This document shows, one piece after another, positions 38,474 through 47,169 of a DNA stretch of 64,000 nucleotides (position 1 is its first letter; every line of letters starts with the position of its first letter). This stretch comes from a virus. The notes beneath the pieces are model-generated. The model was not told the origin of the DNA and did no database searches. It saw only the letters and a program-made list of their open reading frames with translations. The stretch is from the IMG/VR virus record IMGVR_UViG_3300034104_002622, positions 9,284-73,283 of that record; one strand, 5' to 3'. Both the position numbers and the translations under genes were made by a program.

Positions 38474-39316
38474 TTATTTTGATTCACGTTTGTATTGTTC
38501 GCAAACATCTTTGAATCCACAGAATGAATTGCAGAATGTTTTTTCACCTTTGCGAATTTCTACTGTTTGATTTGGTTTTTTGAGTTCTTCTGCTTCTGAT
38601 AGCGTGTCGCATAGTTTTGAAGCTCGCTTGGCTCCGGGCGACATGATTGCGTAAACTGATGGCTTTTCCCATTGCTCTTCTGCTGTGCATGGGCGTGGTG
38701 AGCCATTATAAGCCTTCCAGTGGTCTTCTACGGTCTCTTTAATTAGCTTGGCTGCGAAGTCTTGATCATAGGGTTCTACGTAGATAGCAAAGGGTGTTTG
38801 CGGATACGTGGGGTCGAAGGTTGAGCGCATGTAGGACCAATCACGTTGAAGGTAAACAATTGAAACGTGTTCTACTTCATATCCATTTTTTTCTGCTAAC
38901 CATCCATTGATTTGAATTTGTTGGCGATGTTCTGGTTTCATTTTTTCCTGAAAACCAGCAGTGTTTTTGTAGTCGAACACTGTTTTATTTTCGTAGAAGT
39001 CTATTTGTCCTGAAATTGCAATGGTCTCTCCAAGATATGGATACTCATAGTGAAGTCGTTCTTCTGCTACTTCTCCGTTTTCAGTATCTACGTTATCTTC
39101 TAGGATGGAATGAATAGCTGTTCCCATCAAAGCATGGAACATAGTGTAGGGATTTTCTTGCTTTTCGTGGTTCTTTGCCAGCCATGTGCGTTGCGGAGGA
39201 GAGATTAACTGCGTGGTTGAAAATAAAGACTTTCCTTTTTCATACTTGTCTTTTGACAAAGCGCGAATGAACGGGCTAGGAAAGCTTTTGAGGTAGGATG
39301 CTGGTGTTTGTTTCAT
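38474..39316 (-). CDS. PD-(D/E)XK (Cas4/RecB-like) exonuclease
   Basis: GTAIHSILE...EER...SGQID...DYK...Q...C..FC.FK..C. Confidence 0.85.
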   Translation of the reverse strand: MKQTPASYLKSFPSPFIRALSKDKYEKGKSLFSTTQLISPPQRTWLAKNHEKQENPYTMFHALMGTAIHSILEDNVDTENGEVAEERLHYEYPYLGETIAISGQIDFYENKTVFDYKNTAGFQEKMKPEHRQQIQINGWLAEKNGYEVEHVSIVYLQRDWSYMRSTFDPTYPQTPFAIYVEPYDQDFAAKLIKETVEDHWKAYNGSPRPCTAEEQWEKPSVYAIMSPGAKRASKLCDTLSEAEELKKPNQTVEIRKGEKTFCNSFCGFKDVCEQYKRESK

Positions 39317-40001
39317 TGTTCGATAATAGTGTATTCGTTTTTTTCGAGCAGGAATCCCGGTAATGGACCGATGAAGATCAATTCTCTTTCTTTCCAGTCA
39401 GGAATATTCATTGCGTAGACTGCCGTATAAATTTTTTGTGGATCAAGCTCTAAGTCAGTTCCTAAGAGCTTGTAAGCTTTGTCTGGTTTTACTTTGAATT
39501 TTTTGGATCTCATTTATTTAATCTTGAGCTTCTATAATTACGTTCCAGATTGAGTCAGGTATCATATCTCTAACTGCTGTGTCTGCGTATCTTGCTAGAT
39601 TTCCAGCTTCTTTCCACTTTTTTGATTTGTAAAAAAAAAGGATTTTTCTTAGGATTTTTCTGTCTTCTGTATACATTTTTCTTATGCTTTGATCTTCATC
39701 ATGCTCAGCTTGGTGATTTTTAATGATGTGCTTAAAAAGTTTGATTGCGTTTTCATCTATTGTCATTTTGAATTCTTTTTTTATTTAGTCAGGCTAAATT
39801 TTAATCGAGCACACTGCGTCCACATAGCATTATAATGGTGTAATATGGCGGGAAATCATCTCCTGCACACATTTCTATTCCCTTCAGCAACCCAAATTCA
39901 ATGCAATTTGCGTTGATGCTGTTTTTTCTGAATCCTGAATTTTTAATCAGTTTTTCCAGTTTGTTTTTTATTTCTTCTTCTGTCGGTATGTTTTTATTCA
40001 T
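39313..40001 (-). CDS. Three small AT-rich hypothetical genes (39313-39513, 39518-39766, 39801-40001)
   Basis: Consecutive short leftward ORFs. Confidence 0.5.
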
Positions 40002-40048
40002 TGTGATTTTAGCGTTGACAAATTTTTTGATTGCTTTAGGTAGCGCTC

Positions 40049-40291
40049 ATGGAAAAGAGATTCAAGAAAGTAATCACTAACCCTGCGACTGGTCGCAAGA
40101 AAACTGTGAAGTTTGGACAGGCTGGCAAGGCTGCTGACGGTGGGGATCGCATCAGGCCGGGAACTTCTAAGGGTGACGCTTATTGCGCTCGCTCTGCTAA
40201 GATTAAAGGTGATTGGAAGTCCAATCCTAATTCGCCTAACAACCTTTCACGCCGGAAATGGAAGTGCAAAGGCAGCAAGTCTATGAAGTAA
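40049..40291 (+). CDS. Small basic protein common in aquatic phages
   Basis: K.VKFGQ...YCARS...SPN..SR.KW.C; TTGACA at 40015 upstream. Confidence 0.7.
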   Translation: MEKRFKKVITNPATGRKKTVKFGQAGKAADGGDRIRPGTSKGDAYCARSAKIKGDWKSNPNSPNNLSRRKWKCKGSKSMK

Positions 40292-40317
40292 TTGCTTTCT
40301 GAATCAGAAACAGCTTT

Positions 40318-40494
40318 ATGAAAAAAAAATCTACTGTCAACTCTTCTGGTAACTACACAAAGCCTACCATGAGAAAAGCCTTGTTTAATCGCATTAAAGC
40401 TGGCACGAAAGGCGGTGATCCCGGCGAGTGGAGCGCCAGAAAAGCTCAGCTTTTAGCTTCTGAGTATAAGAAAAAAGGCGGAGGCTACAAATAA
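40318..40494 (+). CDS. Small basic protein (58 aa; DUF5872-like N-terminal part), not in the ORF track
   Basis: MKKKSTVNSSGNYTKPTMRK...GG.PGEWSARKAQLLASEYKKKGGGYK. Confidence 0.7.
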   Translation: MKKKSTVNSSGNYTKPTMRKALFNRIKAGTKGGDPGEWSARKAQLLASEYKKKGGGYK

Positions 40495-40527
40495 CAACTC
40501 TCATTAAACGTAAACTAAAATAAAAAT

Positions 40528-40689
40528 ATGAAAGCAAAACCAAAGAAAGCAATGGTGTCTCCTAAGTCTAAAAAAGCAATGTCCAAGCCAATGTTAAAAG
40601 CAGCGGCTTCGAAAAAGATGGCCAAGAAAATGCCTAAGAGTATGGCAATGGGCATGAAGATGGGAATGCCTAGCAATATGGGATATTAA
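40528..40689 (+). CDS. Lys/Met-rich peptide (53 aa), not in the ORF track
   Basis: MKAKPKKAMVSPKSKKAMSKPMLKAAASKKMAKKMPKSMAMGMKMGMPSNMGY; A-rich leader. Confidence 0.55.
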   Translation: MKAKPKKAMVSPKSKKAMSKPMLKAAASKKMAKKMPKSMAMGMKMGMPSNMGY

Positions 40690-40704
40690 TCCTATTTTGA
40701 TTGA

Positions 40705-40935
40705 ATGAAAGCACCTCAACAATCCTTGAAAGATTGGACAGCCCAAAAATGGCGAACCTCTGATGGTAAGCCAAGCAAGGGCAAAAAGAGGTATTTGCCT
40801 GATTCTGCGTGGAAGTCTTTGACGGCTTCTGAAAAGGCTTCCACGAATCGGGCAAAGGCTAAGGGTAATGCTCAAGGCAAGCAGTTTGTTAAGCAACCTA
40901 AGTCGATAGCTAGAAAAACATCAGCACACAGATGA
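40705..40935 (+). CDS. Small basic protein (DUF5872-like C-terminal part)
   Basis: QQSLKDWT.QKWRT.DGK...RYLP..AW..L. Confidence 0.7.
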   Translation: MKAPQQSLKDWTAQKWRTSDGKPSKGKKRYLPDSAWKSLTASEKASTNRAKAKGNAQGKQFVKQPKSIARKTSAHR

Positions 40936-41564
40936 GAAACGCCAACCTACCAAAGTGTCGAGTTTACGTCCGTTGTGATGCCTTTGGTGGCAGTGAGACA
41001 GAGTTTGAACCTGCGTGGTTAGTCAGCGTCCGAGCGATGCGTAATCGTCCATTTTGTTTTCAAGTTTGGGTAGATAAATACGCTGCTTGCTTTGACAAGA
41101 TTCCGCCACAGTGCATCTACCATTACGAGCCGGATGGGAATCAAGCTAACTTACCGCTTCACAAGGTGCAAATGTGGGAGTGTTTATCTGGCAGCATTGA
41201 AGTCTGGCAGAAGAGTCAGCTTTGCGATGTGCCGATGCTTGTCAACATGGGTAAGGGTTTTGCTCCGATGACTGGGCATTACTGGTTTACGATTGATTTT
41301 TTACCCGAACATCAATGTGCAGGAATACTGGACATTGGTGACGTTGAGTTGCTGGAAGAGCACAAAGAGGGAAACGTGGTAAAGTTGTCGAACGGACAGA
41401 TTGCCATCTACCCAAATAATAGGCTTAAATGGTTGCCTATAAGCCTTGTGAAAGAAGGCGCGGCAGAACGCATCCCTAGCTGGGAGGTTGCCACAAACGA
41501 GCAATGGGACGACTGGTGGCAAGACTCATCAGAAATCCTCGGAGACTCCAAGTGGGCTTACTAA
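40932..41564 (+). CDS. Conserved phage hypothetical protein (210 aa)
   Basis: ANLP...Q.W.C...G.Y.FTID...EHK...NGQ.A.YPNNR pattern. Confidence 0.7.
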   Translation: MRNANLPKCRVYVRCDAFGGSETEFEPAWLVSVRAMRNRPFCFQVWVDKYAACFDKIPPQCIYHYEPDGNQANLPLHKVQMWECLSGSIEVWQKSQLCDVPMLVNMGKGFAPMTGHYWFTIDFLPEHQCAGILDIGDVELLEEHKEGNVVKLSNGQIAIYPNNRLKWLPISLVKEGAAERIPSWEVATNEQWDDWWQDSSEILGDSKWAY

Positions 41565-41760
41565 TATTTAATTGTTTAGCTTTAATTTGTAGGTCTTTTG
41601 TTGTTTTTTCCATGTGCTCAAGAAGAATGTCTTGCATCCAATATGGAGGACAGCGTCTTCCTGACCTCCAATCGTAAGCTGTTGGCATAGAGCATCCAAT
41701 TTTTTCAGCAATTTGCTTAGCTGTGTATTTTGATATTTTTTGTTTGAATGTTTTTTTCAT
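41476..41760 (-). CDS. Small helix-turn-helix protein
   Basis: AKQIAEKIGCSMPTAYDWRSG (XRE/Cro-like). Confidence 0.65.
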   Translation of the reverse strand: MKKTFKQKISKYTAKQIAEKIGCSMPTAYDWRSGRRCPPYWMQDILLEHMEKTTKDLQIKAKQLNISKPTWSLRGFLMSLATSRPIARLWQPPS

Positions 41761-41768
41761 GTTTTTAA

Positions 41769-42938
41769 TTACAGGTCAATTTCCAAATGAATGCTCCATG
41801 CTTTAACAAGTTCGTTCATTAGAAATTGCTCAAAACGTCTTGATTCGTCTGAATAGCCAATTGTATGACAATGCTCTTCTAGCAGCGTGGTAATCAAAAA
41901 AAACAATCCTTGGTCAAAAGAACGTTCTGTTAAGTGGATAATTTCTGAATGAACAAAAGCGATGTTTAAGTTATCTTCATTTGAGATATATTTGATTTTT
42001 GCTTTTACGTCGTATCCCATTTTTGCCAAAAACTCTTTAGCCTTGGCTAACATCCGTTCGTGGCGCTCAGGCATTTCAATTTGATTGAACTCAGCGTCAG
42101 GCAATTGGCTGCGTATTTGGTGTTGGAGATTACTGATTAGTTTGGTGGGGGATTCTTCCCAGATTTCAGCTACAACTTCTTTCATTGTTACTCCCCACGT
42201 GCCGTAATATCCACGGTCAGCTTCCCAATTAGGTTTTTTCGCTGTAAATAAGTGTTTTAAGATAGACTTATTCGTTAGTTTTTCGATGCCTCTTTCAATA
42301 GACCGATAGACATCGTAGATATTAAAGATAGTGCGATCTTCTGTAAGTTTTACTTCATCTAGCAATTCGTAAGAATACATCGCTTCTTCGATGAAGCCTA
42401 CCTTAACTCCACGATAAAATATTTCGCCATCTCCTTTGTAAATGTTGATTTTGTCGGAAGAGGCAATAGGGACGCGAGCACCTACGAAAATGTTTTCGTG
42501 ATTGTCATAGCACTCTGCAAATTTTTTGTGAGTGATATAGATAGTGCTGTCTTGTATTGAAACTGGGTGGCGACCCCATTCTCCTCCTTCGTCTATTGTA
42601 TTCGAAACAAGCTCACGGTAGGCTCCTTCTAGCTCCCACTGCTTTCCAAGTTCTGTTGTAAATCCAAGCTCACGATCATTGCAAGTAATTACATCAAATG
42701 TTTTTCCACGGAATTCTTTAGTTTCTTTTCCAAATTCATATATCCCATTGGGAGTGATGATGCTGACTGTTGCGTTTTCACGAATGAGAACAGCTAAGGC
42801 TAATTTCATTCCGGTTCCAAAGAAGCCAATTGGAGAATTATTATCTGGTTTAGCATTAATTCCCATAATACTCCAGCTTTCAGGGTGAAGAATGCCAGGA
42901 GTGGTAAGCATTATTGTATTTGAACAATCTGTATTCAT
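41769..42938 (-). CDS. GHKL-like ATPase N-terminus plus zincin-like C-terminus
   Basis: IGFFGTGMK; C-terminal TLLEEHCH...DESR.F. Confidence 0.6.
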   Translation of the reverse strand: MNTDCSNTIMLTTPGILHPESWSIMGINAKPDNNSPIGFFGTGMKLALAVLIRENATVSIITPNGIYEFGKETKEFRGKTFDVITCNDRELGFTTELGKQWELEGAYRELVSNTIDEGGEWGRHPVSIQDSTIYITHKKFAECYDNHENIFVGARVPIASSDKINIYKGDGEIFYRGVKVGFIEEAMYSYELLDEVKLTEDRTIFNIYDVYRSIERGIEKLTNKSILKHLFTAKKPNWEADRGYYGTWGVTMKEVVAEIWEESPTKLISNLQHQIRSQLPDAEFNQIEMPERHERMLAKAKEFLAKMGYDVKAKIKYISNEDNLNIAFVHSEIIHLTERSFDQGLFFLITTLLEEHCHTIGYSDESRRFEQFLMNELVKAWSIHLEIDL

Positions 42939-42970
42939 TGTTTATTTGTTTATTTGTTGTTACAAATCAA

Positions 42971-42988
42971 CCTCAAGCCCGAAGGGCT
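42971..42988 (-). promoter_or_regulatory. C-GAA-G triloop hairpin element 3
   Basis: CCTCA-AGCCC-GAA-GGGCT, intergenic. Confidence 0.55.
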
Positions 42989-43023
42989 TTAAGTTTATTG
43001 ATTTATGATTTATTTGTAATTGT

Positions 43024-43155
43024 TCAGTATCTCTTTGAGCAATTAGAGCAAACGCTCTGTCCGTGCTTTGTGAAGATCAAGGGTGTTTTGCAGTCGCGGC
43101 AAAAGCCGAAGAACTTGCAGGGTTTTCTGAGGTAGTAGCGTAGTTTGCATCTCAT
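43024..43155 (-). CDS. 43-aa Zn-ribbon peptide, copy 1 (not in the ORF track)
   Basis: MRCKLRYYLRKPCKFFGFCRDCKTPLIFTKHGQSVCSNCSKRY; paralogue at 47540-47671. Confidence 0.7.
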   Translation of the reverse strand: MRCKLRYYLRKPCKFFGFCRDCKTPLIFTKHGQSVCSNCSKRY

Positions 43156-43169
43156 GGTGTTTGTTGTTG

Positions 43170-43223
43170 TTCAAACAGGTTGATGCACTGAACGCTTTGC
43201 GTCACCGATCTTGGCTGTTCGGA
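43170..43223 (+). mobile_element. attC-like site 5 (short family, left end of array B)
   Basis: R'' TTCAAAC ... R' GTTCGGA; similar to sites 1 and 14. Confidence 0.75.
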
Positions 43224-43429
43224 ATAAAAACTCGCATCCAGAATGCGACGGGCTGAGACGATGTTTGTCCGCGCCACCCGAATCTTTTGCTCCATGATCC
43301 TTTGTCCCACCAACCGTCAGCGCGGATGATGACTACTTGTTCACCGTCATTCGGCAATGTTGAATCGGCAGAAAAGATTTCCGAACAATTCGTGAGAGGC
43401 AACGCCTCGGAGTTTTCTTGTGTATTCAT
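43202..43429 (-). CDS. Cassette ORF (DUF551-like)
   Basis: LP...VVI...W...W...V.FWM; starts in attC6 and ends in attC5. Confidence 0.6.
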   Translation of the reverse strand: MNTQENSEALPLTNCSEIFSADSTLPNDGEQVVIIRADGWWDKGSWSKRFGWRGQTSSQPVAFWMRVFIPNSQDR

Positions 43430-43465
43430 AGTCGTTAAGGGCGTGCCTCCACAGAGGCGTTCGAC
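43380..43465 (+). mobile_element. attC-like site 6
   Basis: TCCGAAC-AATTC-GTG[A]GAGG ... CCTCCAC-AGAGGC-GTTCGAC: canonical 5/8 and 7/6 spacing with an extrahelical base. Confidence 0.92.
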
Positions 43466-43624
43466 TTACTCATAGAAGGCCAGCTTGATCTTTTGTTGTG
43501 TCACATCCAGACTCAGCAATGACCAAGAGTGCCCGGTGTTGAAGTTTTGGACATCAATGACTGAGATTCTCCAGCCACCGTCAGGCCGGATGTAGAGTTT
43601 GAAGAGTTGTATTTCGATTTCCAT
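43466..43624 (-). CDS. Cassette ORF (52 aa)
   Basis: MEIEIQ...; lies wholly between attC6 and attC7. Confidence 0.5.
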   Translation of the reverse strand: MEIEIQLFKLYIRPDGGWRISVIDVQNFNTGHSWSLLSLDVTQQKIKLAFYE

Positions 43625-43644
43625 GTTAGTGTGGTGTGTTGTCG

Positions 43645-43920
43645 TTACAAAGTCGAACAAGGCGCGGCAGATAACCGCTCTGGGCTATCTGTCGTATTTG
43701 CCACGTCCTGGGTTCGCGGTATCTGCGCTTGGGCGTTAGCCTGAAGAATAAATTTTGCCTCACGCTCAAGCTGCGGGTCGAGCCAATCCCTTTTTTGCGG
43801 AAGGTCATTGATGATTCGCCGCAAGACCGATTCGACCGATCCAGCAAATGCAATCATGTCTTCGATGGCTCGCGGCTTAGGGATGCGGCTTCGTATTTCG
43901 TCTCGTATTGGTGTATTCAT
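43645..43920 (-). CDS. Cassette ORF (LPQKRDWL module)
   Basis: Reads through the whole of attC7. Confidence 0.6.
   Translation of the reverse strand: MNTPIRDEIRSRIPKPRAIEDMIAFAGSVESVLRRIINDLPQKRDWLDPQLEREAKFILQANAQAQIPRTQDVANTTDSPERLSAAPCSTL
43652..43741 (+). mobile_element. attC-like site 7
   Basis: R'' GTCGAAC ... R' GTTAGCC; GCG[G]CAGATAACCGC/GCGGTATCTGCGC arms. Confidence 0.9.
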
Positions 43921-43930
43921 AATTCAAAGA

Positions 43931-44021
43931 GGCTAACAAGTGGATGCTGGCAACGGCGGGAGTTGCCCTGTTGGTTTATTCGGAGTCCAGCGCCCGCCGC
44001 GCCAGATCCTTGTCGTTCGGC
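43931..44021 (+). mobile_element. attC-like site 8
   Basis: GGCTAAC-AAGTG-GAT[G]CTGG ... CCAGATC-CTTGTC-GTTCGGC. Confidence 0.92.
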
Positions 44022-44251
44022 TTAGAAAGCATGAGTAGCGTCCATGAGATTGTAACCAGCACCAAGATACCCAACGGGAGTCCGATCTTAGCGGTATTGC
44101 CTGAGTCCAGACGGGTCAGCACCGATGAGAGAAGAAAGCCCATCTGGAAGGTTACAATCAGTGTCGTGATTAGCCACGCTTTGAAACGTGCCGAACAAAG
44201 CGTAGATGGCGATTCCGAGGAATCGCTCTGTTCAAGTTTTGGGGTAGTCAT
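43976..44251 (-). CDS. Cassette ORF, two-TM membrane protein
   Basis: Two hydrophobic stretches; starts in attC9 and ends in attC8. Confidence 0.6.
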   Translation of the reverse strand: MTTPKLEQSDSSESPSTLCSARFKAWLITTLIVTFQMGFLLSSVLTRLDSGNTAKIGLPLGILVLVTISWTLLMLSKPNDKDLARRALDSE

Positions 44252-44313
44252 AATGTTTGATTGATGTTGAGAGAGTCACTGAGCCTCGGAACCGCCATTA
44301 CTCGACGTTCTGG
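44190..44313 (+). mobile_element. attC-like site 9
   Basis: R'' GCCGAAC ... R' GTTCTGG; ATGGCGATTCCGAGG/CCTCGGAACCGCCAT arms. Confidence 0.88.
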
Positions 44314-44552
44314 CCATACAATGCAGACAAGATGGCATCGACGCGCCCTTGCGCTGGATCGGTTCCTTTGCGCCGGTGTTCGTGCAGATCCTCGTCCTCC
44401 ATGAATGGGACTTTCACGATGACTATCAACTCGCCCGCTTCGTCTCGGAGCCATCCCCAATCAGCATGTTTGGATCGGTCATGGGAGAGACGCCCAACCC
44501 AGCCAGAACAAGTCGTGAGAGGCAACGCCTCGGAGTTTGTTGGTGTATTCAT
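44298..44552 (-). CDS. Cassette ORF
   Basis: ATG (MNTPTNSEALPL) in the attC10 loop; ends in attC9. Confidence 0.6.
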   Translation of the reverse strand: MNTPTNSEALPLTTCSGWVGRLSHDRSKHADWGWLRDEAGELIVIVKVPFMEDEDLHEHRRKGTDPAQGRVDAILSALYGQNVE

Positions 44553-44588
44553 AGTCGTTATTGGCGTGCCTCCACAAAGGCGTTGTAG
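44503..44588 (+). mobile_element. attC-like site 10 (close paralogue of site 6)
   Basis: CCAGAAC-AAGTC-GTG[A]GAGG ... CCTCCAC-AAAGGC-GTTGTAG. Confidence 0.92.
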
Positions 44589-44598
44589 CAAAGAATGC

Positions 44599-44904
44599 TC
44601 ATTTGCGGCGATCTCCGAGGATTCCAAGCATGGAGGTTGTGCCGCGTTGCCGTGGCATCAAGACCCGCTCTCCGGGTTCGCCGCGATCCCCTCCGCATTG
44701 GGCGTGTGTCCCATCCTCGAATCGGGCAAGGGTCATTACATCCGTTCCCACGTATCCCCAATTCGTGCCCTCTTTGACGACCTTCCTGACGATTGCGGGT
44801 TCGTCCACGTAGTAAGGCATTACAGACATTGCCTCCAGCCCGAATCCGAAGACTGCTATTGCGGATGCGCAGAGCGCGGCGATTCCAAGGTGTTCAAGTT
44901 TCAT
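44599..44904 (-). CDS. Cassette ORF with N-terminal TM/signal segment
   Basis: LGIAALCASAIAVFGFG; between attC10 and attC11. Confidence 0.6.
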   Translation of the reverse strand: MKLEHLGIAALCASAIAVFGFGLEAMSVMPYYVDEPAIVRKVVKEGTNWGYVGTDVMTLARFEDGTHAQCGGDRGEPGERVLMPRQRGTTSMLGILGDRRK

Positions 44905-44937
44905 ATTTTATCGGAGTTTGAGATTGGTTCGGAAGAG

Positions 44938-45037
44938 CTACAACAAGCGGATCGTGGCAACCCGCTCCCGCCCGCCATTTTAGATTTGATCGGGCTTCAC
45001 TGGTGCGGGATCGGTTGCCACATCCTCGGCGTTCTCG
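44938..45037 (+). mobile_element. attC-like site 11
   Basis: CTACAAC-AAGCG-GAT[C]GTGG ... CCACATC-CTCGGC-GTTCTCG. Confidence 0.92.
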
Positions 45038-45222
45038 GATAACTTGTTGAGGGCGCGGCGGTGGTGCTTGTAGCGGTTGTCGTGGTGGCATGATCCATCG
45101 GAGCAAGTGAAGGTCACGGGGTCGCCTACTCTTTCGAGGTGGTAACACGCCCACACTGAATGCCAGCTTCCGAGAACAAGGCGTCGCACGCCGACGCCGC
45201 GAAGTTTTGTGATGATTTTCAT
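44980..45222 (-). CDS. Cassette ORF
   Basis: Starts in the attC12 loop and ends in attC11. Confidence 0.55.
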   Translation of the reverse strand: MKIITKLRGVGVRRLVLGSWHSVWACYHLERVGDPVTFTCSDGSCHHDNRYKHHRRALNKLSENAEDVATDPAPVKPDQI

Positions 45223-45258
45223 GGTTTATTTTCGGCGCGGGTGGACTCGACGTTCGCA
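45171..45258 (+). mobile_element. attC-like site 12
   Basis: CGAGAAC-AAGGC-GTC[G]CAC ... GTGGAC-TCGAC-GTTCGCA. Confidence 0.85.
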
Positions 45259-45542
45259 GAAATAAGGCCCGCGACGAGTTCGGGGACTTTCAGAGCCAGA
45301 ACGTCTTCCTGTATGCTCCCATCGTCCGATGTCTTTGCTGCCTCGCCGAACATCTCCCCTATCTGGGTGACGATTCCGTGATAGAACGCCTCGTTCCGTG
45401 AGAACTGAGCGGCAGAGTCCATCCATGCGGCAATCCGCTTTGCCACGGCTTCCGCAAGGACAACGTCCATTTCAATGTGCTTGGTTTCATCGTCGCACCA
45501 GCATTGGGCGGCGATCTGTCTTGCTTCTTCGATGTATGTCAT
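45219..45542 (-). CDS. Cassette ORF
   Basis: MTYIEEARQIAAQCWCD...; stop overlaps the next ATG inside attC12. Confidence 0.65.
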   Translation of the reverse strand: MTYIEEARQIAAQCWCDDETKHIEMDVVLAEAVAKRIAAWMDSAAQFSRNEAFYHGIVTQIGEMFGEAAKTSDDGSIQEDVLALKVPELVAGLISANVESTRAENKP

Positions 45543-45554
45543 AAGATAAAATTC

Positions 45555-45653
45555 TGCGAACAAGGCGGTCCACGGAACGGCTACCCGTTGGACGCTTTGG
45601 GTGAAGGTTGAGTCTCAGCCACGGGTAGCCGCGCGTGGCCTTGTTCGTTCGGG
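45555..45653 (+). mobile_element. attC-like site 13
   Basis: R'' TGCGAAC ... R' GTTCGGG; CGGCTACCCGT/ACGGGTAGCCG arms. Confidence 0.88.
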
Positions 45654-47169
45654 GTTAGGGATTGGAGGGCATCACAAATCATGGATTGCAGTGCCTGACG
45701 TGCAAACAGAGCTTGATCTTCGCCTCCGCATTCTCGGCAACTTGTCCCATCCGCTATTAGACGCAGTTTCTCCGCCAGCCTGTCGCGCTGCTCGGTGACT
45801 GTCTTATTTTCCATCATCAGGGATAAAGCGGTTGTCTCTATATTTGCATATTTGTTTTTTAGAATATCCAGTTCTTCTGCAATCTGATACCAAGATTTAC
45901 CGCTAAGGCATAGAGCCTTCCATCTTTCGTTTGTGGTTGGTGTATTGTTCATGCTTCCTTCGGGGTTAGGGATTGGAGGGTTGTTTCGGCAAGGTCTTTT
46001 GCTGATTGTGGGTCTTCGTGAATCAAATTGAAAACACTACAAAGATTATCCGCCAGCCTGTCCCGCTGTGCGGTGACGGTGGCGAGTTCCTCCTGTGCCT
46101 TGGCGAATCCGTAGTCCATAAACTCGCGGGTTCGGATTGTCTCCTCCCGTGCCTCGTCCCGCTCGCGTTCTAACCTTCTGGCGAAGTCTATGCTAACTCT
46201 ACCTGTCCCAAACTGGGCTTCGTCGGTTTCTGGTGTGTCGCTCATTTCGCGCCCTCCAATGCTTTTTCTGCTTTGATTTGTGATCTATCCCATCCAACTC
46301 CGTAAAGGTCGCCGTGAACTTGCCTAATGTATCGCCAGCCAGATAGCATATCGCGCAAAGCCTCCCGCGCCTTGTCCCGCTCGCGTTGCAATGTCTTAGC
46401 ATGATCCCAGATAGTTCCGTTGGGGTCGCGGAGTTCGCAACCAAGGTCTTTGTTTTGTTGGATGTATTTTGCCTTCCATTCGTCGCGTTCGCGTTTGAGT
46501 TCTGCGTTGGTTTCCTTTAGGAATTGCTTGTATGCTTTTATGTCCTCTATGTTGGTTGCTTTTAACGTAGATTCGTCCGTCTCAGGTGTGTCAGTTTTCA
46601 TGGCTTCTGGGTTAGGGATTGGAGGGCTTGCTGGGCTTTTTCAAATGCTTCTGGCATGGATACTGGCATAAAATCAACGCTGTCAATACAGTTGCAAGAT
46701 TCTATCAAGTCTTGTAGTGCCTCCGCCAGCCTGTCCCGCTGTGCGGTGATGGTGGAGAGTTGGTGTTTGAGTCTTGTTATGATTTGACTAATGTAACATG
46801 CGACTGCAATGATTGTAATGGCTGGGGCAATTATGTCTAAATAGTTCATGGCTTATGGGTTAGGGATTGGAGGGCTTCGGTTGCAACAAATCTAGCTCCG
46901 TGACCATTATCGCATTGGAGGTCTGAGTAATCGAATGTCGTAATCATTTGCAACGCTTCCACCAGCCTGTCGCGCTCGTCTAATGTCTGTGCCAGTTTCT
47001 TGCCCATGCGCTCGTTGGCATCGTTTAGTTCTCGGCAAACACTCGACATCCTCCATTGCTCCCGTGCCTCGTCCCGCTCGCGCCTTGCTTCTTTTAAGAG
47101 TTCCCATGCAGCCAGTTCACATTGAAGGTCGTTCTCAGCATCCGTCTTAGGTGTTGGTTGTGTATTCAT
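45581..47169 (-). CDS. Five tandem paralogous coiled-coil genes (45581-45952, 45949-46245, 46242-46601, 46598-46849, 46846-47169)
   Basis: Shared TPETD, RERDEARE, QRDRLA and LQSLT modules; all ATGA-coupled. Confidence 0.7.

Noticed and set aside
38474-39316. Cas4 as part of a CRISPR system
   Set aside because: Stand-alone PD-(D/E)XK nuclease in a recombination neighbourhood near ERF, a common phage arrangement
44257-45042. Long + strand ORFs over the cassette arrays (also 47763-48431)
   Set aside because: They read through several attC sites, have unnatural Arg/Ser/Cys-rich composition and lack good starts; the - strand ORFs are coupled and carry recognisable phage motifs
45653-46874. GTTAGGG in the LQSLT repeats as attC R' boxes
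   Set aside because: No matching R'' or palindromic arms; explained by the repeated coding module
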